Part shown: one piece after another, positions 1 to 12,400 of the stretch
Layout of the letters: every line of letters begins with the position of its first letter
How positions within the stretch are numbered: position 1 is the first letter of the stretch
Assembly (NCBI GenBank): GCA_973895155.1
Contig: OZ316894.1
Location: forward strand, 1,152,853 to 1,216,852
Direction: 5' to 3'
Length of the DNA stretch: 64,000 bases
DNA from: Marsupella aquatica
Lineage: Eukaryota > Plantae > Marchantiophyta
Notes under the pieces: generated by a model
What the model was told of the DNA's origin: nothing
The model's input: the letters and a program-made list of their open reading frames with translations, nothing else
Database searches by the model: none
Made by a program: the position numbers and the translations under genes

Positions 1-1504
1 GTAGGAGACCCAATCATTAGTCTTTCTATATATTACACTCCAAAAGAACAAGCGGCGCCCAAACCGGATACAGGGACCCACAGGCAAAAGGCCCAACCAA
101 GGGGAGGCCACCAAAGAAACCAATATATTAAAGAAAAAAGGCCATGGGACCATATTTATTGGTAAACTGCAGAGCCTCTTGAGTGACCTGCATAGGGGGA
201 GTCTCACAACAAAAACCTGACTAGCTGCCTAACCCCTAGAAAGAAAAGTAAATGCCTGAGCCCTCTAAAGTGCGACCAACACCCGCTGTTAAAAAAAGGC
301 CGTCATGACAAACAAATGCGGGAACACAGGTGGATAAAGCCTCCACTCAATGTTAAGAAAAGATCACCACTCAGGGTAACAAACAGCATAGGCCTCCTCC
401 TTCAGTCATGCGGCCCTAGCAGTGCATGACCTGGTACATGAGCGTATAGAAATATTGGCCCCACTGGTAGGGTCAGCAACAACTACATCTCCAAGGGCCC
501 GAACTCCAGCATGTGAACAGACGAGGTCAGCATGGTAGTGATGAAGTTCGTCATCCCAAAAAGGCAAAACTTGCCTTTGCTCCATGGACATGGTATCCCG
601 AGTCATGGGCAATGGGAGCAACCACATCAATCCCAAATGTTGTTGTTGGTAGTGGTCCTCTCACTACCATGACCACACCAAAGAATGTGAACACCTCCGC
701 CATCTAGTGGCATTCCACAGACAAATGTGGGCTTGCCCAGCAAGGGTGGAGGATACCAAGCCTGAGGCCCATAGACATACTAGTGAATTAATATGAAAGA
801 GCTCATAGAATCTGAAGGAACCCACAATGGACTAGCCCTAAAAATGTCTCAACCCTGAAGGGCTGGAAATGAATCTCCTACCCAAAAGTATAACTTTCAC
901 ACTTTGGTCCCAAGTGGTAAACTATGTAATATTTGAGTCCGGCGCTTTCGTTCCAGAGAAACCTGTGTGACCTTGACCAGAGCCAAAGCTGAGAGGTTTG
1001 AGAACCCTTGTAGAGAGTGGACAAAATAATGGGAAACCCCAGGAAAACCAAAGAGCCAAATTAGCCCAAGACTCCCCAACAAAGCAAAAGAACTGAAAGC
1101 CTCATACCAAACCCTATCGGCTAGAAAACCTGGTGGGTTTACCACCATAACCAAAAACCCTAGAGAGTGAAAAGCCTAGTAAGTTTATCACCTAAATTAA
1201 AACTAGCATCTAAGAGTCTAGTGAGTTTATCACCTAGACAAAAACTAGCATCTAAGGGCTGGCTTGCATGTGAGTGTCTTGACACAATTGGCCCATGTGT
1301 GATGAGGTGGAACCATATATCCCACTGTCCAAGACTTACCTGTCTGGCCCCCTTTTGAGCCCAGTCCTCAAGGGATAAACAGGTGCGCTTTCAAGGGCAA
1401 GGGCTGTAACATCCCTCACCGTCCGGACCTTGCAATGTCTTATAGAAAAAAATTAAATACTTGCCTTAGCCAAATATGTCCAGATTTTGTATGCCACCTT
1501 TTTG

Positions 1505-1692
1505 CCTACAATTGAAGAGTCCTAAGGGCCTCATTTGTTTTGGCCTATAGCACATACAAGACAGCCCCTACAATTGAAGAGTCCTAAGGGCCTCATTTGT
1601 TTTGGCCTATAGCACATACAAGACAGCCCCTACAATTGAAGAGTCCTAAGGGCCTTATTTGTTTTGGCCTACAGCACATACAAGACAGCCCC
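1505..1692. repeat. 62-bp tandem repeat, 3 copies
   Basis: The unit cctacaattgaagagtcctaagggcctcatttgttttggcctatagcacatacaagacagcc starts at 1505, 1567 and 1629. Confidence 0.9.
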
Positions 1693-2726
1693 AAAGGGTT
1701 GGAATACATGAGTTTCCAGGAACTGTCACCTGAATCTTGAGAGCCACCTCGTTTAATGTCATGGGCACCACCTCCACATTTGAGTACCGCGCATTGAATG
1801 CCACCACGTCTACATTTTGCGTACATGCGCATTGAACGCAGGCATATCCTTACGACTCTGCTGACGTTCACCCAACTTGGGGAGCAACAACGGTGAGAGT
1901 AGCTTGAAGCGGAGCCTATCGGTAGACTGTCAACGTTTTCCCGTTCGTCGAAAGTGGGATCGTCGAATTCCACAGCTTTCTCGAGACTCCGTCAGATTGA
2001 CGTGGCTTGCAGACCATGACGAAGTACTCTAATATTCTATTGCACACAGATCTTCCATCGTTCAAACTGTTGGCGGCGACTGGTGGGCCACCAGGCCCAT
2101 AGACCCATGTGACATGCCGACAGACGACGGTGCTCGACATCGCGGAAGGAAAAGCCTGTCACTTCTGCGATACAAGGTGGGAACGCGATGTGTGTGAGCG
2201 AGAGTAACTTCGAGAGTAACGTTCCAACTATTCCTGTCTCCGTGCTAATTCGTGAGAGACGACCGTCCTCCATTTGTTACCGAAAAGACATCAGTTCGAC
2301 TGGACACATTCGAGTTTTGAGCATCATTGGCAATGAGTGGGCCTGAGCATTAAATTCCCTCCTGGAGGTCTTTAACAGTTCGAATGGTTTAGTTCGGAAC
2401 TCAATTGAGACATAGAACGTTTCAGAACCATTCACAACGTTGGGCGAGAGCTTTCAATGCACTGTGCAAGAGGCTTTCGACAGTTTGAAATGTTAGATCC
2501 CCCCTTCATTGAAAATGACAATGAATAGTATTTACAGTAACTTAATCTACATCATTCTGTTGTGGTCGAAGTCGAGTTGCAGAGCATGAGCACGTACTCT
2601 AGTAACCTTCCCTACTCTATCGAGATAGACAATCCTAGAAGATGGGACGAGCAGCTTGTGCTGATAACATACAGTACTTGATTCGCCCTTGTCTGGAATG
2701 ATTGGGCACGCAGGCCGTTGGCAAGG

Positions 2727-4958
2727 TCACTTCATACTCGAGTGTTGGAGTCTTTTCACCTGCGGATTTCCGAGGGTGGAATGCACAAACCCATATTGCT
2801 CTAGAACCTGATTATCAGCGAAATCGAATGCGCGTTTGAGTTGGGATCGACACTCATCCACCTCGAAGTTCCCCTTCCTATCCCCGCAAGGCTGGCAGCC
2901 AGCGAAATGCGTGATCCACGGCCAGCTCATTGACCCAAATCCCTGATCGGCCTTCGACATGCTCTCGTACCTGGGCGCGATTAACTTCCAGTACCCGCTC
3001 ATGCTGAATTCCCTCTCGAGGCGGATCCTCGGAATCCATTTTTTCTCCTTCTCTTCCTTCTCCATCACCAGCATGTAGAGGAGGGCCGACTGATCATCTG
3101 CAGCTGCACCTAAGTCCCGCCCGACGAGCACTTCCGATGCTCGCCTCCCAGACTCTATTCTCGCTTGCTTGGTCCCTAGACTAGCCCAGACGTCGAACAG
3201 GTCTAGAGTCCACTGGCAGTTTCGGGCGAGATAGACCCCGGCGTTGACTGCAATCCAGTCATTCACCGCAAGAAGCTCGGCATCCCCATAGAGAACAAGG
3301 TTTTGACCCTTAAACTTCTCATATGGAGGAGTGAAAACCATATCGGTGATAGCAGCGTCGCCATCGCACCACCAGAACCATTCCACATCGGGGTGGGAGA
3401 GCATGAGAACTCGAATCGTGGGGATCTTCGTCCACCAGTAATCCAGCTCCCGGTCGAAATCGACCTGGCCGTAGAACATTGACATGTCGTGAAAGCGACC
3501 ATAATCCACCTTGTTCTTCAGCGCTTGCAGAAGACCGTGACCTCCGTCAGGATGAATGCACTCTCTCGTCGATGAACCAGTGACGATCATAGTCTTCGGC
3601 AGTCCTTCGTCATTGACCCTCTTCACGCCGGGGTTCTTCTTGAACCAGGCCTCGCGCTGAGCGTCCCAGTTCTCCACCCTGGGGCCGGGGAGTTTGTGGA
3701 TGCCGAAGCCTTTATAATCAGGAAGAGGCACTTGAGGGGACGGGACAACATTCTCGAACATATGCCCAGGAATAGGGACCAGCTCGTTGATACCAAGTCC
3801 GCGGAGCTGATACCCATACCTCCGATACACCTGCTGATCCGCGAAATCCATCGCACGTTCCATCCCTCGCCTGCATTTTTCCCACGGGTAAGCTCCCTTT
3901 CGATCCCCACTGGGCAAGCAACCGGTAAAGCGCGTCACGATAGGCCATCGAGGATCTCCACGGCCATAACCCTCCAGCTCCTCCAGCTCCTCGGTCACCG
4001 AGGTCCAATCCCTGTTGAGGTAAATGTCCTTCTCCAAGTAAGTCTTCGCATACCACACCGATTTCTCTATCGAGAGAAGGTACACTAGAGCTGATTGATC
4101 ATCAGCTTCTATGCCCTGCGGTCGATCCTGGAGAGAATCAGAAAGGAAATTCCCGACGGACTCTCTCTGGTGAACGTTTCCCATGGAGGCCCAGGCGTCC
4201 AACAGGTGAAGTGACCACTGGCAATTCCGAATGAGAAAATTCCCTGTACCGAGGCCCTTCCAGTCCTTCAGCTCGAAGACACGATGCTCATCTCCAAAAA
4301 CGACCAAATTATAGCCCTCGTATTTGTCTAGAGGAAGCTTGAACTCCATGTCAATGATCACAACGTCGTTGTCCATCCACCAGAGCCATTCCACCTCTGG
4401 GTGAGCCAACATCTGCATCCGCAACACCAGGAGCTTGGTCCAGCTCCCTACAAAATCCTGGTCCGGTTCCATTAAATTATAAAACAGCTGGAGATCGTGT
4501 ACTCGTGAGAAGTGGACCTTGTTCTTAGCTGTTTTGAGGTACATGTGCGTATCGACAGGATTCTCGCATCGGGATGGCTGCGAGCCCGTGACAATCAAAA
4601 CCTTCGGCCTTCCAGCTCGAACATCAGGATTCTTTTGCCACCAGCGAGTTCGTTGGGAGTCGAAGTCGACCACTCGAGGCATTAAGGCAAACGAGGTGTT
4701 CCTCTCCGTCGCAATTTCTGGTAGTGCGTTCGACGAGACGGATATCTCGTAACTGCGGATTTTCAAGAGCTCCTCGCTGTTGCCATGGGGTATGTCTTCA
4801 AAGTTTCCTGGACCTAATAACATGCACATCATTAGCAATGCGAACACGATGATGCCTAGTACTTTAAATGGTTTCTTGCAAGAAACTCCTTTGGGATTCT
4901 GGACGCTGCTTAGACTCCATCCTTTGCCGCCCCTGGACGAGAATTTAGGATCCTTCAT
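2727..4958 (-). CDS. GT34 family glycosyltransferase (XXT / galactomannan galactosyltransferase-like) with two tandem GT34 domains; type II Golgi membrane protein; intronless
   Basis: The first ATG is at 4958 (the ORF track starts at a GTG). There is an N-terminal TM helix (VLGIIVFALLMMCMLLG). GT34 motifs occur twice: VTGS..C, KNKV.., HP[ED]VEW.WW.D.D, RNCQW[ST]L.L.D.WA, ADDQSAL.Y.L, RA.DFAD.QV. Confidence 0.92.
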   Translation of the reverse strand: MKDPKFSSRGGKGWSLSSVQNPKGVSCKKPFKVLGIIVFALLMMCMLLGPGNFEDIPHGNSEELLKIRSYEISVSSNALPEIATERNTSFALMPRVVDFDSQRTRWWQKNPDVRAGRPKVLIVTGSQPSRCENPVDTHMYLKTAKNKVHFSRVHDLQLFYNLMEPDQDFVGSWTKLLVLRMQMLAHPEVEWLWWMDNDVVIIDMEFKLPLDKYEGYNLVVFGDEHRVFELKDWKGLGTGNFLIRNCQWSLHLLDAWASMGNVHQRESVGNFLSDSLQDRPQGIEADDQSALVYLLSIEKSVWYAKTYLEKDIYLNRDWTSVTEELEELEGYGRGDPRWPIVTRFTGCLPSGDRKGAYPWEKCRRGMERAMDFADQQVYRRYGYQLRGLGINELVPIPGHMFENVVPSPQVPLPDYKGFGIHKLPGPRVENWDAQREAWFKKNPGVKRVNDEGLPKTMIVTGSSTRECIHPDGGHGLLQALKNKVDYGRFHDMSMFYGQVDFDRELDYWWTKIPTIRVLMLSHPDVEWFWWCDGDAAITDMVFTPPYEKFKGQNLVLYGDAELLAVNDWIAVNAGVYLARNCQWTLDLFDVWASLGTKQARIESGRRASEVLVGRDLGAAADDQSALLYMLVMEKEEKEKKWIPRIRLEREFSMSGYWKLIAPRYESMSKADQGFGSMSWPWITHFAGCQPCGDRKGNFEVDECRSQLKRAFDFADNQVLEQYGFVHSTLGNPQVKRLQHSSMK

Positions 4959-6259
4959 TGTCGACACTGATGGCCTGTCACAACGAAATGTATCAATTCC
5001 TCACAAATCTCACGAGTCTTTCCTCCTTTTGAAGAAAAACCGCACTGGAGTGCGCTTGACGATGATTTTCATCAGGCACGTCAAATCGAACCAATCTCTG
5101 CTCCATCAGCAGCGCCTCGTTGTAGTTGCCGAGCAAGTAGCTCAAGATTGTAGAGTACACAGGGATATAAGCAAAGGCGGCGCATGCAGGGAGAGTTGTT
5201 TGCCTCCCGAGGACCAGCTATTGTCGCGTAGCTTAAAGGGGCTCCCTAATGCAACAATGTTCGAGACGACACAAATTCCGAGCTACTGTTGCAACGAGCC
5301 AGTCCGCGCTTATCAAACAACGGACAGGTTGCTGCCAGCGCGTGGAGGGACGCTTTATGAGGGAAACGAAGCATCCATCATCAATGCTCCTCGTCCAAAG
5401 TTTGAAACCCGAATCCAGAGAGTGCACAGTTGCACACAACCCCTACGTAAACCTCGGCCTCAATCTACGGTACTGTAAGTAGCGACGAAATGTCCTCTCG
5501 AATCTGTCGTCCAACTCATCCATCTGCAATCCTGAGAATGCACAGTGGAATCATACCGGGCAACTTTACCTCCGCCAACCTATTAATGATGCTCCTCCGA
5601 CAAGCTTCGGAAACACCAGCCTCTCTGCCCACACCCTCCTGGATGCACTTTTCCCCTCCCACTCCGACTTCCGTCATGCGAGCTCACCCTACAGTAGTCC
5701 ATAGTCCATACCCACGGACGAGAAGACGAGGGCTACCTCTGTTGTTGAAATCACGCACGTATATTTAATAACCCGGCTGGACGTTACATAAACGTGAACT
5801 ACGCCGAGCACTGTAGTGCTGAACTAGAAAAAGTTACTGCAACGTTAGTCAAGTACGCACATGCCCTCCTCGGCTCCTCGGCAGCCTTATTATCGTGGAA
5901 GAGGATTTCAAATACCGTCTGTCACAAACGAACGTGGCTAAATCTCTTCGAGCACATATATCATTCTGACGGACCCGACCTATCCGTGATCAATCACTAT
6001 TTCGTGGCAAAGAACGTGCAGTACATTTGAAACAGAGAAGTCTCTGTGGAGCCCACACGGTGCTGGATAAGTCTTGTGGAGCCCGGAAGGTCCTGCAGCA
6101 ACAACAGTAGTGAGGGCCTGTTCAGTGGATGGGAATCAGCTTATTTTTTTAGGGCTTTTTTAATTTTTAGCCAGTGTATGCCTAATGTTTGCTTCTCTAA
6201 GGGAGGAGATTCTAGGAATCTTCTCTAGGAATCTTCTCTATCAGATTTCGCTGAAGGAA

Positions 6260-6420
6260 ATCGTGACCGTCAGATATCCCGAGATTTAAGGAGAACCGTT
6301 CGATTCTGACTAATGGGTCCATGATTTGGTGGAAGAGTGGCTAATGGTGTTAAAAAATATAGCAAATATTAGCCAAAAGTGGCCAACATTTTGGGGGAGG
6401 GGAAATTTGGCTAAAATTTA
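6260..6420 (+). repeat. Dispersed repeat, same family as 57070-57390
   Basis: gaccgtcagatatcccgagatttaagga...gattctgactaatggg..catgatt.ggtgg...tggctaa closely matches 57072-57152 and 57234-57310. Confidence 0.7.
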
Positions 6421-6914
6421 CACTTTTAAAATAGGCTGAAGAGAATCCCCGGTGAGTCGGTGACCCTGTCTTTGGATTCAGCACGATTGGTGTCTGCAAG
6501 AATTAATGTTGTACAGCTGTACGCTCATTAAGGCACTATTACACAATTGATAGGAGCAGCACCCTGCACCTAGATTGACGACAGCAAAGCTACACTCGTG
6601 AACGACTCGATGCTCCATCTCTACAGTTCTTGGTCGTCTGGTGGCCTTTGCTTTGCTCAGGTTTTTTAATCATGAGAAACATGATGTGTGTTCCATGAGG
6701 TATGCGAGAGTCCACTCTGCAGAAAGAGCTGCTAGGCTTGAGTCCACTGGTGGATTGATTTTTGACATGGGGAGACACACTAACTCACTGTTCTGTAAGT
6801 TAAGTTTTGGGACAGCAACTGAACAGCACCGCAAATGGCACTCCATCGCCGGATTCTAAGGAAAGTCATGAACGACAAGGTCCGTAGAGGTCTACATGTG
6901 TGTGAAATGACACG

Positions 6915-7435
6915 AATTTTCTACATTGCCATCTTTTTGTTGCATAATATATATATACATCGCCACCATTGTTTTTCTATTTATCAAATTGCCATTGTTT
7001 AATCCGTGGTCAAGAAAAGTAACCCAGCTTAGCTCCTCAGCATCCAACGGCTGTCTGTGCTCCCCCTGTCAAAATCCCGATCAAGATCTGATGGCGTTGG
7101 ATTCCCTCAGTCTCTTCTTTGACCACCCTTGTGTCAGTTAACCCCAATGTGGTTCAGGAAGGCTAGTCATGCTATAGGGCAAGGGCGAGAAGGGGCACCG
7201 TTGGGGGCAGGCAACCCACCTTTTAGCCAGCTGATCCGAGAGTGGTCAAACATGAGACGGAAGGAATCCGGAGCCATCAGATCTTGACAAGGGAAGCACA
7301 GACAATCGTTGGATGCTGAGGAGCTAACCTGGGTTGCTTTTCTCATTTAACCCACAGGTGGCACTTTGATATTAAATAGAAAAACTTTGGTGGAAATGTA
7401 TGTTGCAACATAAAAAATGGCAATCTAGTAAATCC
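6915..7435. mobile_element. Foldback / MITE-like element with imperfect inverted arms of about 230 bp
   Basis: The left arm agaaaagtaacccagcttagctcctcagcatccaacggctgtctgtgctcc (~7013-7063) is the reverse complement of the right arm ggaagcacagacaatcgttggatgctgaggagctaacctgggttgcttttct (~7292-7343). Pairing extends out to attgccat/atggcaat and in to tttgaccac/gtggtcaaa. Confidence 0.8.
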
Positions 7436-7469
7436 CAGGAGTAGAGAATTGGCCACTCCCACTTCTCTA

Positions 7470-9472
7470 TGTTTTCACAAAATGAGAGAAAAAAATGGGT
7501 GTTTGTACCCCCCTTGTGAGTAACATAGTTGTTGAGCATAGACAACATTCACAATAGAAAGCCCATGACACATCCAACGCACAAGTGATCAACACAACAG
7601 ATATGTGGTTCCCTGCGTGGTTCACCTCCAAGAGGTTACATTCACGGGAACACATAAGAGAATTTCACTGAACTCTAAGCCTATTGGTCATATCAAGTCT
7701 CCACAATGCAAACTCTCCTTATCTCTCAAGTGGCTTCATAACAATGAACCTAGTTTCACTTATCCAAGCAAGAAGCATTTAGGATATAGTGTGCAACTTA
7801 GTTAACCTAACCACATCTTTCACTAGGGTTAGCCTAACTATGGTTACATGTCATAACCCTAGACGTAAGAGTAAATACCTAACAATAATCCAGTCAAAAC
7901 ACAAATTAAGAGAGAAAAAAAGAAGAAGAGAGAATGGACTACGTACTGGCTTCACTGTGACTCTCCCATGTTTACAACTTACACCATCTCTTTGCAGTGA
8001 ACACAAAAGTTGTCCTGAATACCCATGCGTATGCAAAGGAAGGGTTCCCCATGCCCTGTCCTACTCACAAGAGTAATCTTTACAGATCCTAGTCAGCTGC
8101 TACTGGGTCCATGTTTGGCTGATGTGGCCAAGATTTTCCAGCAAAACTTAGACCATCTCTTGAAATGGTCTAAAGAGTGTACCCCTTGGTCCATTAAGGA
8201 TCTTGCATTCATTTTTTCCAGAATTGACACATTGTGTATCAGGTCCATTAATTTGTTATTAAGCCCTAAGTGTGGAACCATCCATGTGCCTCTTGTCAGT
8301 GCTAGCCCTCTAACCATGATGGTGTCCATGTTGTGCCTACTCAAATTGCAGAACGCAAAAAAGACCCCTCCACATGTTCATGAACTTTGCCAACTTTGGG
8401 CTCCAAGAAGAAGGAGGCATGGGTGGAAGCTCTTGTCAAGAAGTAAGCCATCGAAACTATATTTTGAAAAAAGGATGCAAGTATTGAGAGGAAGTGGTCA
8501 TCAAGAGTGAAGGGCTGACTGAGAGAGGAAACCAGCATTGTGCGCATAGGAGAAGGACTGAGGGAAGGCTCTTAAAACAGAGAGACTGAGGTAGTTTTGG
8601 GTTTTACAGCCACAGTTTGAGTTGTTGGGGCATGAATTGGGTAGATGTGCAAGCAGTTTACATGGAGAAATATCACTTTGAAAATGAGGCCGAGGGGATG
8701 GAAGGTCCCAGCTTTGCCAACTCTTTCTAACATCTTTGATGCTCTTTCTATCGTTTCTGATAGTGTTCCACATATCTGCTATATGGCCAATCCACTTTTC
8801 AATGTTTTGACTTACTAAGAATTCTTATCATATATTTTTACTTGCATTGCAAGGTGCACAATTTGTTTATACTTTAGATTACTTTGGCACCCCTCTAGGT
8901 GTGTTTTATCTTCTTACACTAGAGCTCTCATTCCCCAGTACATTTAGTTTCCAATATAGTGCATTTACCCCTTTTACAGATTTTATGGAATGTTTGCCAA
9001 TTCTAATGAATGAGAGAGAGAATTGATACTTTGAATTGTGGACTCCACCTGATTTAAGTACTCCTCAAACTTTTATTTGTTAAGCTTTATGATTTTTATT
9101 GTCATTACCTAAGGCAATGGAGTATCTTTTGTACCTTATTTACACAATGTTTGATTGATTTAAGTCATTAAAGCAAGTGATAATCTATACCTTATGTGCA
9201 CTATTTTTCAAGATATGTGCACTTGTACTTTTAGTGGTCATTATGTAACAAGTACTAGTTTACACATCAGTTCCAGGATGAATATGCTATATCTATTGGG
9301 GCTCGTCCTTGTAATGTCTAAAAAAACTCCTTTCACATAGGTTTTGTTAGTCATTTGTAGTTACGCATATCTACATAACTTACCTTGAGACTGATCCAGA
9401 GGAAAATTTGAGCTTAATATACGTTCATTCGCCTCCACCCTTTATGGAATATCGTGAACTTTAGCAATATCA
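7470..9472. mobile_element. Probable degenerate LTR-retrotransposon-derived sequence (LTR-like remnants)
   Basis: Non-coding and AT-rich. It contains gcgtggttcacctccaagaggttacattcacggg (~7615), which resembles a motif common in plant Copia LTRs, and attcgcctccaccc...tatcaaca (~9427-9474), which resembles an LTR end. No TSD was confirmed. Confidence 0.3.
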
Positions 9473-12400
9473 ACAGCTCTCCTTAGATCATGGAAGATCT
9501 ACTTAACTCATGGAAAAACTCATGCAAGTCTGTCATAAATGTTGAGGAAGAATATACTTCCCAGAGCAGGGGAGGGAAAGCGATGCTTGGATGCGTCAAG
9601 GAGCTTTTAAGACCTAATGTGATACTTATACACGGAAAGATACATGTTGAGAACAAGGAATGTTTGAAAACAATTCATCCAGTTGTGAGATACATCTAAT
9701 CAAATTTACTTCTATAATATGGAATGCCCCCAAAAAGTTCTTTCCTTTATTTACAAAATTGGAAATGGATGGAGCCCTCAGACGTTTTTTAAGCTTTTTA
9801 TAAGGCTTGGATTGATTGACCAGGAGAATCAAATGATATATTTCTTTTTATAGAAGAATATAGAGTACATGAGATGATTCTTATGTGCCATCACCTCAAA
9901 TGTGTCTTTTTCTTCTATAAAAATACACCCATGATGGGAAGGAGAATATTTTAGGGCATGACAAAAATTTTGGATTTTTCCATAGAGTTGATTATGAGAC
10001 TTTAGAAAAAATCAAAATGGGTTGATTTTGCTTTTCACTCCCTCTTTTTGTTTTCGTTCGAAACGGGACAATGCCTGGGAGCCTTTATTCCATCTAATCC
10101 AAATTAAACAACAACTCCGCAATGGAGAAGGAGGCAGCACAAAGAGAAAAAAAAAACAATTAGGGGGGCTGAAAGAGGGAGCACACCCAGAGAGGAGAGA
10201 AAGGGCACCTCAGTCCGCCAAGAAGGTAGGAGGCAGAACAGAAAGGGAAGGAGAAGCCCAGGAACCGGAAACACTAAACCTAACTATGAAAAACCCTAAA
10301 CCCTAAACTCAGGATCCATCCTTAACTGCAAACAAGACCAGAATGCACCCAAGAATCCAACATGGTGAGAGCCGAACCCACACCCGACTGGCCGCCTTAA
10401 ACGCTTGTCCCACAGGCCGATAAAACCACGCGCTCATTCAACCGCTGCAGGAACAGCCTACACCAACAGAACTGTCTACCAATGACAGTCCCCAAAAATA
10501 TTGGAAATGGTCACCCATATGCAGGCAACAATGGCAGCAGCCATATCCCATATTTTGAGGTTCACTCCCTCTGTTTTGGTGGAAGTTTTTTTTTTAATTT
10601 AATTTTCCTTTTTTTATTTGCTTATATAATGGTGCCAAAGGCAAGAAAAGGGGGGAGTTAAATAAAGTGGCAAAGGAGTGAGGAAATAGGAAAAAAGGGA
10701 AGAGAACAATTAAAATGTTTCCCTCCCAATAGCATTGTCCCAAACATTGTGTGACCCACACCTTGTCCCCGGAAGGCCCCAAGGGGCCATTACCTCTCTT
10801 GCACTCCCTCTCACCCTCCCACATCCTTTCTCTCCTCAACAACATAGCTTTCATAACAATAACAATATTTTTTTTCAAAATAAAATAGAACCGCAAAAGT
10901 GAAGGCGACTGTTTTTACACTTTTGACTCATTTTATTTGGTTTAGAGCTTTTGTAGAAATATGGTCCCAATTTTTTTTATTCCATCTAAACCTCCAACAT
11001 CCTTTTAAAAATAATATTTTTCTCTGCAAGACCCGCCTTGCTTGATATGCTCGGTCATCTCTATTTGTCTTGGGATTAGTCTCGCTTGTGCTCTAATTCT
11101 TTCCCCAGTCGGGAGCCCAGCTCTTTGCCCCCAACTGCCTCTTTTGTCCCCACTTTTGTTCCATCTTTCGGATCATCAACTCTTATCCATGTATTCTCAC
11201 TACCCATTTAAGCCCTACACTGTATTTTTGTCTTGCCTTGAATTACATAATTTCATGTGCTATTTTGAACATGTGGAGGGAAGATTGTGGAGGGAAGATT
11301 GAACCTGGGACCTCTTGGTTCTAGGCTCATCCTCTGGCCAACATACCAATGCCAGTTGGTTAGGCTTTAAGTTATTTGCTTTGACTCTTGGTCCCACCTT
11401 GTCATCTGGTCCCACTCCAGTAAATTTTATCATCTGATGGCACGCTCAACTCTCAACACAAACGCGCAACACATGCCATGCAGTTCTGCCCCTCCTCTCC
11501 TACCTTGCACTGATTTCATTCTATTTGGAGCCATGCAGTTCATGCATCCCTGGTGTACTGCACATTGCACTCCGGACCACTGAGTACACGATCTAGTCAA
11601 CCTTGTTGATCTGAAAGTACGAACACCTATCCTACCAGGATCCTAGGTCAAATTTTGTGGCAGATAGATATCTCCCCACATAGTAGCTCCTAGTTTCCAT
11701 ATCTCCCCACATAGCTCCAAGTTCCAGTTAGGCCAAGGTTTGACGGACACAGGACGAGCGCTTTACATATGAATCAGGAAAACAGTCGGGATTACTCTAA
11801 GTGCTTCTCACGAGCCAAAGTAATCTTTCAAAGCCAGCAAGACTGAATATTTCTTTCTTTTCGATTATGAGAGCCTACGAGAAAAGTCTTACAATTGACT
11901 CCACAAATGGGTTACTTTAGACAGTCATTTTAACCTTTGAACTGAGGAGAAAAGGATTACTTGAAGCCAATTCCTAACTAGATCACGGTGGTGAACAAAT
12001 CTACGTTGGTAGGCAGGGAAGGGTGTCTGGCCTACAATTGATTGCATCGCTTTCAGGTCTGCATGATTGTGTTGCTGTTGTACTAGTGGCATAGCCAGCA
12101 AAGGTTTGTACTCACCAAGGCCGGTCCTCGGACCATATATAACGGCTGAGCAAGTACAGAAATGACTGCAACTTCATATCGTCCCGTGGAATATCAATGT
12201 CACATCATTCTGATTGTCCATCAAGACTTAGGAGAGTTGAGCTTTTCACGAGCAAGGCAATTTCAAAGAACTCAATAAAATAACAGGTCTTACAAAACTT
12301 AGGATCATCTACAGTAGGTGCATCTTTGAGGCCACCAAAAGTTGTCAGTGACAGACTGATCGATCACAGCCTGAAATGTCTTGGCCAGTTTCAGCCGAAT

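Noticed and set aside
1-1400. Possible retroelement remnant
   Set aside because: It is CpG-depleted and TE-like, but no RT, RNase H or integrase motif could be read.
1505-1692. Regular repeats as a CRISPR array (also 31876-32322 and 62300-62745)
   Set aside because: The units are head-to-tail with no unique spacers, there are no cas genes, and the context is eukaryotic.
4780-5478. 232-aa plus-strand ORF
   Set aside because: It is antisense to the GT34 start and leader, has a non-ATG start and shows no protein-like signature.
10293-10307. Telomere-like (CCCTAAA)2
   Set aside because: Only two units, within degenerate repeat sequence.
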